Shown here piece after piece: positions 21,756 to 30,489 of a stretch of DNA of 64,000 nucleotides. Position numbers and translations under genes: made by a program. The DNA comes from an uncultured delta proteobacterium (lineage in GTDB: Bacteria > Desulfobacterota > Desulfomonilia > Desulfomonilales > Desulfomonilaceae). The stretch covers positions 1 through 64,000 of the forward strand of contig CAWBKB010000001.1 of NCBI GenBank assembly GCA_963789265.1, written 5' to 3'. The notes under the pieces were generated by a model. It was not told the origin of the DNA, ran no database searches, and saw only the letters and a list, made by a program, of their open reading frames with translations. Position 1 is the first letter of the stretch. Each line of letters begins with the position of its first letter.

Positions 21756-21962
21756 CTATGCGGTTGAAACTGCCTGCTCCTCGGTCTTCATCGCGGCATT
21801 CTCCATGAGCCCTTGGACCAATGATCCAAGACTGCTTAGGTCGACCGCGGCAGTAATGAGTGGGGCCTGGCCGCGACCCCTTTTCTTGTTTTTCTTCTTA
21901 GGATTTCTTGTCTTTTTCATTCTTGAATCCTCCACAGTGTTGTGTTGAGCCGGGGTTTCCAC
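21756..21962 (-). CDS. Small basic hypothetical protein
   Basis: GAGGA RBS before the internal MKKTRNPKKKNKKRGRG start; co-oriented with its neighbours. Confidence 0.45.
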   Translation of the reverse strand: METPAQHNTVEDSRMKKTRNPKKKNKKRGRGQAPLITAAVDLSSLGSLVQGLMENAAMKTEEQAVSTA

Positions 21963-22136
21963 GGTGAGGCCCAGGCCTGTTGCCCCATGCTCAGAGTTGA
22001 CCTTCGAGTGCGTCGTTGTTCATTGAGGTGATTGTGATTCTAGCGTTTGCCCGCTCCTGTGAGGATAGTGGCTCAGGTTCCTATTCTTGGCTGGAGCCCG
22101 ATTAAAAGACAGTATCTGAAGGTAGGTGATGGAGGT

Positions 22137-23036
22137 TTAGCAAGCCGTCGATCCAGGATAACCACTGCCCCACTTCACTCCTCCGAACCAATCATTGTAA
22201 ATGTAGGCCGAAAAATATGGTGTGCACCAGTGGATATCGGCCTGTCTTGAAGCCTTTTGATAAGGATAAACGATCGCGTGTTTTCCGTTGGAGTGGCCAA
22301 CGATTGTGACAAGGCGCCCTAGCCCCTCAGGATTGGATGAAGGATCGAAACGCGAATAGACCAGGAAGACTTCCTTACCATTGAACTTTCTAATCAGCTC
22401 TCGGACAACCTCCTGATGCTTCTTCTCATCCTCAGAGCAAAGAATCACTCCCCGTATGGACACCGGTTGGATCGAGTCCTCGCCGTCCAGGATCAGGGAA
22501 TAGTCCGACGACCAGCCTTCTTGAGATATCTGCTCTAGACTTCGTTCGATTGCGGGGCCGACGAGAGGCTTGGCGCCGTCGGACGAAAAGAAGGACTTCT
22601 GAGGAGGTTGCTTCCGTATCTCAGCCTTTTCGCTCTTGGTCATCCTTGAGATCAATCCTTCAACATTTTTTTGCACTGCTGAATGCGAAGCTTTGATGAA
22701 TGCTGCCACTTTATTAATGGTTTTCTGCATGCTCGCGTCTTGGAGAAATGTATCAACTTGGCTTTCACACGCGGCTCGATTCGCAAGCTCCAACATGTAG
22801 TCAGACGGAGCGCAGTTAAGCGAATTCGTAACAGTAGCAACAAGCACATCCTCAACACCCCTGAGCATTTCATCGACAAGGAGGCCCTTAAGGGTCCTGA
22901 AACCATCCACATGATTACCTGATCTCGCGGATAAATCGGCAACTACAAGGCTAGTCCCAGTCTCATGCTTAGACTTACGGCTCCCGGTGTTTCTTGGCCT
23001 GCCAGTGTACGTCTTCTTCTGCTTTGACATTTTCAA
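22137..23036 (-). CDS. Hypothetical protein
   Basis: 299-aa ORF with AGGAG RBS, co-oriented in the block; no recognised motif. Confidence 0.7.
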   Translation of the reverse strand: MKMSKQKKTYTGRPRNTGSRKSKHETGTSLVVADLSARSGNHVDGFRTLKGLLVDEMLRGVEDVLVATVTNSLNCAPSDYMLELANRAACESQVDTFLQDASMQKTINKVAAFIKASHSAVQKNVEGLISRMTKSEKAEIRKQPPQKSFFSSDGAKPLVGPAIERSLEQISQEGWSSDYSLILDGEDSIQPVSIRGVILCSEDEKKHQEVVRELIRKFNGKEVFLVYSRFDPSSNPEGLGRLVTIVGHSNGKHAIVYPYQKASRQADIHWCTPYFSAYIYNDWFGGVKWGSGYPGSTAC

Positions 23037-23318
23037 TCTCCTGTCTTGATGCCATCGCTGATCCTGGATCTTGTTTTCCTTCTCGGTATGGCCCAGGGAG
23101 GGCTATTGCAAATGTTCCCCGGCCGCACTTCCGGTGGTGTCGATCGTTCTGATCTCCGTGGTGCAGTCGTTAGTGTTACTTGTGAAATGTGGTGGAATCC
23201 CGAGCGAGGGTTTCTCTCGGCAGACAGTCTATCCGTACGGACTGCATGTAACGTTTGGAGGTGCGTGATAGTTGCTCTTCACATTCTCAAGATTGTCGAG
23301 TATCGTCTACCGCTCCTG

Positions 23319-24347
23319 CTAGAGAGATCCCTCTACGTTGCGAATCGTTGGAATAAGATCGTCGGGATCTTCGACGTTCACCAGAATGGGGTGCAACCAT
23401 TTCAGCACGAGGTTGCGATCCCAGGGGTCTTGTGTTGAACCCGTCCAAAAATGATGCCAATGAGCTCGCCGGACATGCGGCCGCACAGAAAATCTTTGCC
23501 TTGCCCCGGAAAGGTTTTTGCCCGTTGCCATGACTTGAACTTCGTTGTGGTTCCTCAGAGCGGGTCCAACCCGAAAGCCGACATTCCATACTTTTGGAGA
23601 AGTGAGGACCTTCCTAAAATTAATGGCCAGCGGTCTTTGAGGGCGTGTTTCATCACCGATTGAGGACCGAATGTCATTGTTTGCGGCCGCGAGGTACAGC
23701 AATATCGACAAGGCAACATGCAGCCGGCTCTCCAAGTCCTGTTGATCATGGTGGTCCAGTCGTGTAGCTCCCTGAGGCTTTCGCCGGAGCTGCAAAATAA
23801 AACCCCCCTTTACCACCGCATTGACGCTCTCCTGAAGGGAGCCAATGAGGGGCAAGTAGTCAATTCCCAGGGCGCAATCCCGGTCATTCACCCATCCGAT
23901 ATGTAGGATCGGTGCGGAACAATGATTGGGATCGAAAGAGAGCATTGCAAAGAATCCTAAGTACGATTGCCCGTCGATAGGGATTGCCGATGGCAATTCA
24001 ACATAGACGCACCACTCTGGGAGGCGGCACAGGATTTCGACAGGAATAGCTCCGCCCATCTTGGTTTTGAGAAGCTCAAGGCACAGCCCCTCGTGGATCC
24101 TGTATATGCCCTGGGACGGGCGCCACGCAGCCATGAGATGGAGGAGGGTGGCTAGAACAGTCAGATTTGAGCCTACCTTCACTCGGTCACTGGCTACGAT
24201 GTTCTTGAGCTCCTGGAAAGGCATGTAACACCATGCGGGCCAGCGCTTCTTGTGCTTCGCTCTTGTCCTTTCAATTACCTTCCAAACCCTGTTCGGAATC
24301 AGTTTCTCGACGCGTGCGAGGATGAGCTTTGGCTTAGGTACTGACAT
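23319..24347 (-). CDS. AcrVA2/FinQ family protein (anti-CRISPR-like)
   Basis: WPAWCYMP, WRPSQGIYR, LPEWCVYVE, LLYL, VWNVG and RPHVRRAHWHHFWTG motifs in family order; 342 aa. Confidence 0.8.
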   Translation of the reverse strand: MSVPKPKLILARVEKLIPNRVWKVIERTRAKHKKRWPAWCYMPFQELKNIVASDRVKVGSNLTVLATLLHLMAAWRPSQGIYRIHEGLCLELLKTKMGGAIPVEILCRLPEWCVYVELPSAIPIDGQSYLGFFAMLSFDPNHCSAPILHIGWVNDRDCALGIDYLPLIGSLQESVNAVVKGGFILQLRRKPQGATRLDHHDQQDLESRLHVALSILLYLAAANNDIRSSIGDETRPQRPLAINFRKVLTSPKVWNVGFRVGPALRNHNEVQVMATGKNLSGARQRFSVRPHVRRAHWHHFWTGSTQDPWDRNLVLKWLHPILVNVEDPDDLIPTIRNVEGSL

Positions 24348-24767
24348 CTTTTATTCCTTTCTGATGGATGTCCGGTATCAGGGAGAGGCGGGTGGTGTTC
24401 CGCCGCTCCCTCCACGCCGGTGTTTATGGTTTTGGTCTAGGGGAAAACGAGGTTGGATCGCCAGAATAGGCGTAGAGGCGTCGCCCTGGTGCGATGACGG
24501 CCCTGAAATCTCTGTGATTATGTTTTGTCAGGGTGTCTGGAGATCGTCTCCGCTAGGAAACGGAATCTCCAGGTTTCTGTGCTTTTGTCTCGCAGGAGGA
24601 TGGGGCAGCCGAAGCGGTGAACGGATTTTGGGGTTCAGTAGAGTTGAGGTGACAAAGCAGAGTTGGATAAAGAATAGCTGCCGGATCAGTAAGTTCAGGA
24701 TAGTTGTCGATAGGTGCAATGTTGATCGGGTGATTGGTCACCCTGGCCCTTCTGGACAGCGTTCGGA

Positions 24768-25493
24768 TTACGCGAGCAACTTTTTGACTCTTTTCCCACG
24801 AGCGTAATCGCTCGCCTCTTTTCCCCTAGAATCCTTGGCCCACTTATCCGCTCCTTGGCTAAGGAGAAGCCTTACGACCGAAACATAACCGTTCTCAGCC
24901 GCCTTCATGATGGGCGTGACGCCGTCCCGATCCGCCGTGTTGACAAATGCTCCCGCGTCGAGAAGAAGCTGAACCATGGCTGCTGAGCGTCGCTCGCTGT
25001 CAGATTTCGATAGATTAACATCTCTGAATGCGGCGGCCTGCCACAATGGGGTCCTCCCGTTCTTGTAGCCGATGTTCACGTCCGCACCGTGCTTCAACAA
25101 GATGTCGAGGATTTCTACGCATCCTTCGTACAGAGCGAAGATTAGGGCGGAGTCGTCATCGGGATATGCAAAACTGATATCCGCACCCCGTTTCAAAAGC
25201 CGGAGGACAACCCCATCCATACCCCACGTTGCAGCACAGATGAGTGCCTTCCCAAGAACTTCTCGGTCACCGGCGAGCGCGGGACACACAAAAGGGGCGA
25301 TCAAATCTTTAAGATATGGGGACACCTGTAAACGGTTCCTCGCACTAAACAGCTTCGGCAACCACAAAATGATGGACATAAGGAGCAGCTTGAGATCCTC
25401 GGCCTCATGGGCCCGTGCTTGCAAAGCCTGAAGTTTGGGGCCACTGGTATGCACCAAGTATCCAAAACGACCTGTCGGAAAATCTTCGGACAT
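24768..25493 (-). CDS. Ankyrin repeat protein
   Basis: GADVNIGYKNGRTPLWQA and DRDGVTPIMKAAENG repeats. Confidence 0.9.
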   Translation of the reverse strand: MSEDFPTGRFGYLVHTSGPKLQALQARAHEAEDLKLLLMSIILWLPKLFSARNRLQVSPYLKDLIAPFVCPALAGDREVLGKALICAATWGMDGVVLRLLKRGADISFAYPDDDSALIFALYEGCVEILDILLKHGADVNIGYKNGRTPLWQAAAFRDVNLSKSDSERRSAAMVQLLLDAGAFVNTADRDGVTPIMKAAENGYVSVVRLLLSQGADKWAKDSRGKEASDYARGKRVKKLLA

Positions 25494-26794
25494 TAATCGA
25501 CCTCCTGTGTGTTTTTAGTTCCTATTCGAGGAAGCACTATTGAAAGGGGACGCCGGAACAGAATCTTAAGATTCTGGTTGAGCACGCGCTTTCGTTCTGC
25601 TGCCCTCCGAGCATTCTCCTCAACGACTTGCTGCTCATCGTGCTGCGTAACACAGCAGACTTTCTTCTCCCAGGGGACCGTGTATGGACGGGGGTGACCG
25701 GATTCAAAGTTCGCCACAGTCCAATTGAGAGCGGCGATCAAATCTTGTCTCTGCGACCTGGCGATTTCTTCCGAGAAGTACACAGTCCATGATTCCAGGT
25801 TGAAATTGGTGGCGAAAAACTGGGGAATCCGTGCTGGGATTTCCTCACTGGCCCGGCGGATCCGTTCCTCAAGTCCATCCGCTACATCGTCCGAAGCATC
25901 GTCCCCTTGAGGAGTCTGGCAAACGGAAACGGATTCGGGATCAGCTTTCTGGTTAACAGCAATTTTCGTCTCTGTTTTTCCCGCGATGGATCGTTCGGCC
26001 GGTGACAGAGTTGTTGCAGCGGGGGCGCCAGCGATTGCTCCAGGCTGAGTTTGTGGTTGCCCATTTTTGAGGGTTTTGGCAACCTTGCCGGAACCCCGAG
26101 CTGGGTCCTCTCGTATTTTGCGGATCAAGTCCCGGAGGTTTCGCTTGCTGTTGCCGAGGGCCCACGGAAAGGCGGTTTCCACATCCGCGCCGATGGCATC
26201 ATCGTCTTTGCCTGAATCGAGCCCTTGACGAATGATTTCCCTGCGTCTGCGGTTGAATTCGCTCTTTGCTTCACTAAGATAGTGACGAGCAGTGCGTTCC
26301 GGAATTCCCAACTGTGCGGCATAGAAATCACTGGCGCGACCTGGGTCTTTGTCATACAGCTTCAGAATGACAGCCTTCCTATCAGCGGGTGTCGGTCTGC
26401 GACCGTGGGTCAAATTTGCCCGATAACAGTAAACAATAGGCTCATCACCAGAAGGGATGGATGCGATGTTGACCTTAATGCGGCCGGTAGTATCACAGGG
26501 ATAGCCTTTGATTGCGTTCGGTTGAAGGTTACCCGCGGAGATCGCGTCCACAAGTTCCTTCAGTGCGTGCCACGTGTGGCAACCTGTTAAGATCCTTTTA
26601 TGGTCATCAATTTCTATGAGCGGAAATTCGCAAGAGCTTGAAAGAAGGGCATACTTGTATTCCTTTACTATGCTCTTGTCTACGCGAGCCCGAGGAAAGA
26701 TCGCCGAGTCGATAAAAAGAACCTGAGAATTCACCCATTCCGTATTCATTATGTTGTCCATCCGATCGATATTGTGTTGGCGAAGAATCGTCAC
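25493..26794 (-). CDS. ParB/Srx N-terminal domain protein with HTH
   Basis: FPRARVD..VKEY, FPLIEI..ILTGCHTWHAL (divergent DGxHR) and ANLTHGRRPTPADRK, then an HTH (AAQLGIPERTARHY); probable start ATG 26749. Confidence 0.75.
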   Translation of the reverse strand: MTILRQHNIDRMDNIMNTEWVNSQVLFIDSAIFPRARVDKSIVKEYKYALLSSSCEFPLIEIDDHKRILTGCHTWHALKELVDAISAGNLQPNAIKGYPCDTTGRIKVNIASIPSGDEPIVYCYRANLTHGRRPTPADRKAVILKLYDKDPGRASDFYAAQLGIPERTARHYLSEAKSEFNRRRREIIRQGLDSGKDDDAIGADVETAFPWALGNSKRNLRDLIRKIREDPARGSGKVAKTLKNGQPQTQPGAIAGAPAATTLSPAERSIAGKTETKIAVNQKADPESVSVCQTPQGDDASDDVADGLEERIRRASEEIPARIPQFFATNFNLESWTVYFSEEIARSQRQDLIAALNWTVANFESGHPRPYTVPWEKKVCCVTQHDEQQVVEENARRAAERKRVLNQNLKILFRRPLSIVLPRIGTKNTQEVD

Positions 26795-26800
26795 GCCGAG

Positions 26801-26844
26801 AACGCCGAAAGCGATCTGTAGAGTTCCAGATCGCTTTCGGCGTT
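26801..26844. repeat. Perfect 18-bp inverted repeat with 8-nt loop
   Basis: AACGCCGAAAGCGATCTG-TAGAGTTC-CAGATCGCTTTCGGCGTT. Confidence 0.9.
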
Positions 26845-26860
26845 GGAGAAATCAGGGGGG

Positions 26861-27439
26861 CTATTTTTTGTGCAGTTGCTTTCGGTTCGGTCCTTTAGGA
26901 GCATTCTCTGGGCGCTGCTCCCAAGGAATGGCGGAATCGCCAAATCTCTTTCGGATTTCCCGGTAACCGTCGTTGACGGCCTTGGTTAACTTGAACCTAC
27001 GAGAGTACCAGATTTTATTTGGAGTGCAGATGGGGCGTGGCTTGCATTTTATCAGGTTGAACTCGCGCTCGACGGTCGTAATAATCCCATTTTCCCTGAG
27101 GATCTTTCTGACATGGGACTGGGAGTGCGGCAGATCCGGATGGTTCTTCCTAAGTTCTTCGCACAAGTCCACAAGGTCGAGGTGCTCCTCCCATTTGGCT
27201 ACTAACTGGGAAGCGGTGGCCTCTTTTCTTACCTTTCGAGCCGCCTGCTTAGCCGCCGCGAACTCATCCACGAAGCCCATCTTTTCCAATTCCTGACGGA
27301 GTTCAGGGATGCGGTTGCGGCCGATGCCAGACTTTTTGGATAATTCGGAATGTGACATCCCGGGATCGACCCGCAGCAATTGAGCGAGCTTGAAGAGTGC
27401 CTCTCTACGAGAGGTTTTAGGCCGTCCAGTTCTCGGCAT
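26861..27439 (-). CDS. HTH DNA-binding protein
   Basis: DPGMSHSELSKKSGIGRNRIPELRQEL HTH plus a second HTH-like segment (SQSHVRKILRENG); GGAGA RBS before ATG 27439. Confidence 0.7.
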   Translation of the reverse strand: MPRTGRPKTSRREALFKLAQLLRVDPGMSHSELSKKSGIGRNRIPELRQELEKMGFVDEFAAAKQAARKVRKEATASQLVAKWEEHLDLVDLCEELRKNHPDLPHSQSHVRKILRENGIITTVEREFNLIKCKPRPICTPNKIWYSRRFKLTKAVNDGYREIRKRFGDSAIPWEQRPENAPKGPNRKQLHKK

Positions 27440-27514
27440 CTGAATTGTCTCCGTTGGGGGGGATTTACAGTGCAATGCAAAATCGCGAAGATTACTTTAA
27501 AAACGCAGTGCTTT

Positions 27515-27543
27515 TTTGTAGCAAAAACCGGCGGCGTTGTCAA
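27515..27543 (-). promoter_or_regulatory. Sigma70-type promoter for the minus-strand block
   Basis: TTGACA-17 bp-TACAAA with extended -10 TG, on the minus strand. Confidence 0.65.
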
Positions 27544-28003
27544 ATAAAAAATGTCCCTAACTCCAATAACGCGCGGTTGACCATCATTACTGCGTTTGCC
27601 TGGCCCTCGCTCCTGATCGAGAATCAAAATGACGGGCAAAAGATGCTCCACACGTAGGCAACGCAATGTAGGGACCACGAGGCTCACCAAACTTTTCCCC
27701 CAAAAAGTCGTTGGGCGTGTCTTTCCTTCCAGAGTCTGAGACTTCACACGGGCTACTACCTTAACCCCAGTCTGATGCCTCCCCCCGCCCAGCCACATGT
27801 CCCAATTCCTTTTTCTATATTAATGTGATAGTTGAATATTTAATGATATAATACCAATATTATTTACCTATTCCTAGACGCATAGGAAAACCGCAAGAGG
27901 GCAGAAAGCGCTTTCAACCTGCCTCTTCGCACTCCCAGACAGGGAAATCCGCTAGCGGGTTCAAGGCCCAAGGTTCCGTTCACCGGCATAGCTCCGGGGT
28001 ACG

Positions 28004-28185
28004 TGGAGCAAGAAATACAACACCTTCAGACCGCACAGCTCATTGAACTACCGTCCGCCCGTTCCTGAGGCGATACCCACCACGTAGCTCGTCCGTACTA
28101 CGCCCGGAGATTGTTTCCTTATTACGGGAGGTGAAGGTACTACACCTCTAACTTAACAAGCGAAACATAATCCGGGAGCAGGTTA
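28004..28185 (+). mobile_element. IS3-family transposase 3' remnant with probable right end
   Basis: 28004-28087 translates as WSKKYNTFRPHSSLNYRPPVPE, an IS3 integrase-core C-terminus; followed by CTAACTT...GGGAGCAGGTTA resembling an IS3 IRR. Confidence 0.7.
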
Positions 28186-28334
28186 ATAGTCGTGGTCAGT
28201 CAGGGTTCCGCCCATGAGCACCGAACTGGACAACCTGAAAGCCTGCGGCGCTGAGTTCGGCCACCAGCTCTTCGTGCAACCCAGCCCACAGTGATCAGCG
28301 GCGTTTCCCAACCGCTTCGAAAAACGGGGAGTCA

Positions 28335-28586
28335 TCAGGATGCCTCCTTGAGCTTCCGATACCGTCGGATCAGGGTGTTTGTTGAGCTATCATGGTCAAG
28401 TCGGAGCGCCTCCTGGCTCTCCAGTTCCGGGATAATACGCTGGGCCAGTGCCTTGCCCAGCTCGACTCCCCACTGGCCGAAGGAGTTAATGTTCCAAATA
28501 CTCCCCTGGGTGAACACGCTGTGCTCATAGAGGGCGACAAGTTTGCCCAGTGTTTCCGGCGTGAGGCGCTCGGCTAGGATTGTGTT
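28335..28586 (-). pseudogene. pgi: 3' fragment of glucose-6-phosphate isomerase
   Basis: [15 protein letters not shown]...[15 protein letters not shown]...HDSSTN; only the last ~80 aa are present. Confidence 0.88.
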
Positions 28587-28609
28587 GGCCAAAAAAGCAG
28601 AAAGGTTAT

Positions 28610-28820
28610 CAATTGCTTGAGGTGCCGCCATCAAGCAGAGTGTTCGACGGGCACAGCATCGTGTTTGTGGGGTACGAGGACAGTCCGGAACAAAGAGGAG
28701 GAGGGGTATCCCTGTTCCGAAATAGCAATGGTCCGCATTGGGGAAACAAGGGTTATGGCACCATGTCTTACGCCTATGCCCGCAATTATGCCAACGACGC
28801 ACTCTGGCTGCAACTCAGAC
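28610..28820 (+). pseudogene. Fragment of a C1 (papain-like) cysteine peptidase
   Basis: [11 protein letters not shown]...[15 protein letters not shown] (His/Asn half); the catalytic Cys half is absent. Confidence 0.7.
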
Positions 28821-29051
28821 CTCTGTGCTCTCAAGCATACAGGGAGCCCTTCAAGACCGGGAGCGTGCACCCTGGGCGTCGATTGGGACAGCCTCGGCTT
28901 CACGGTAGTCGGTGAGGACTGGCTTGGAAGAACCGTCTCTCTATCCTCGAGCCTGTTGAGAGTAGTCGCGTCCAATTACCCTCCTAGCGGGGTTTGCTTC
29001 ACTGTCGCCTCCTCCTTTCCTGAATGACAGCATGTTTCTCTTTTGATCTGG

Positions 29052-29114
29052 ATATCCCCTCAGGGATTTTCCCGCTAAGTCCTCAAAGTTATTAGGATGA
29101 TTCTGAGGGGATAT
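29052..29114. repeat. 12-bp inverted repeat
   Basis: ATATCCCCTCAG ... CTGAGGGGATAT. Confidence 0.6.
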
Positions 29115-29539
29115 GATGTTTGGGGTGCGGTGCCGCGGGCAAATGTTGAAAATTTACCTATGCTAAACCATGGTGAAAAGGAAAACGTTGCTGAGAATTG
29201 AGCTGGCTAAGCCTGAGAACGTGTCTCAGTGGAGATCGACAGCCTGGGGGATCGGTCATGCTTACGGGAAGGGGCAGTCCTGACAATAAGGAATTGAAAA
29301 TGACTTCCCTGCCATTCAGAACCGAATCATGAAAGCCTTTTCCCGGGACCGATTACGGAAATCTCTGAATCGGTTGTTCAACCGGCAATCGGGGGAGATT
29401 AAGTGCAATAAGATGGAGATACCTACCTGAACCATTCGGTGACGGAATCGAGGCTAGTACAGGAAGATGGCTCCAATCCTATATGAAATGAATAGCGGGT
29501 CGCGGAGGATAGTTAGCGGCTAACCGTATAAGTTTTTTC

Positions 29540-29599
29540 TTGACACGTTCATAATAGTAGTGGTAGGAAAATAAAGCAAAACATACCGGCTGGCCGGTA
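29540..29599 (+). promoter_or_regulatory. Promoter and palindromic TetR operator upstream of tetR
   Basis: TTGACA at 29540; palindrome TACCGGC-TG-GCCGGTA at 29584-29599. Confidence 0.65.
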
Positions 29600-29622
29600 A
29601 CCCAAGAACTGGATTCGAACCC

Positions 29623-30258
29623 TTGAAGGATCAAGTACGCGAACTAGCTAAATTCGAAACTTTTACAGAGAAAGGTCAGAAAAAAATCGACCAAATCTGT
29701 GAATCGGCTGCCCAGGTTTTTTATGAAAAGGGGTATTTGACCGCTACGTTAGCTGATATCGCCTCCGCGGCAGGCCTTACCAAGGGGGCAATATTTCATT
29801 ATTTTTCTACCAAGGAGGAGTTGCTCTTCCTAATACTTTACCGGTACCATGAATCGGCCCTCTTACATCTCAAGAAAGAGCTTGAATCCCATCACTCATC
29901 TGATGACAAGATATATGCCTATATTCGAAATTTCATCATGGGTTATAAAGACCGGCAAATAGAGTCGTGCCTGGCCCTAAATGAGAGAGGGAACCTTCCG
30001 CAAAATTACCTGCAAATCATTAAGAGCAAGGAACGAGAATTTGTCACCATCCTGAGATCGTTGGTTGTCGACCTACTGGAAAAAAACGAGAAAAGCCGCA
30101 ACAAGGTTACTTTGCTTACTTATTCCCTGTTGGGAATGGTCACTTGGCCTTACCGATGGTTTGATCCCAGAGGCAAGTCATCCCCCGAGGAACTGGCCCG
30201 GACCATATATAGGATTTTTGTCGGCGATCTAAAGTTTCTTGCTCGACCACCCAAATAA
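29623..30258 (+). CDS. TetR/AcrR family regulator (KstR2-like C-terminus)
   Basis: FYEKGY..TLADIA...GLTKGAIFHYFSTKEELL; GMVTWPYRWFDPRG. Confidence 0.93.
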   Translation: MKDQVRELAKFETFTEKGQKKIDQICESAAQVFYEKGYLTATLADIASAAGLTKGAIFHYFSTKEELLFLILYRYHESALLHLKKELESHHSSDDKIYAYIRNFIMGYKDRQIESCLALNERGNLPQNYLQIIKSKEREFVTILRSLVVDLLEKNEKSRNKVTLLTYSLLGMVTWPYRWFDPRGKSSPEELARTIYRIFVGDLKFLARPPK

Positions 30259-30327
30259 AAGTTTTCTGATCCACATGAAAACAATGGGGCTGCACCTGAC
30301 AAGACGCAGCAAGATGAAATAAAAACC

Positions 30328-30343
30328 TACCGGCCGGCTGGTT
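30328..30343 (+). promoter_or_regulatory. Second TetR operator-like site
   Basis: TACCGGCCGGCTGGTT, 13/16 identical to the 29584 palindrome, upstream of the catabolic operon. Confidence 0.55.
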
Positions 30344-30489
30344 CGTTCTAGATTAGAGGTAAATGTGAAATGTGTTTAGCCTGTCAAGTAACTGTTCCGT
30401 AACCTGACAAGACGACCTTAGGACGCCCGGGGTTTTCGATATTTAGATCTACTTTCGCCCGATGCCGATATCAAGAAAGGCTTGTAGGA

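Noticed and set aside
14753..27475. Prophage call
   Set aside because: No terminase, capsid, tail, lysis or integrase genes are recognisable.
28335..28802. 155-aa ORF as an intact gene
   Set aside because: It is chimeric: the antisense of the peptidase fragment joined to the pgi tail.
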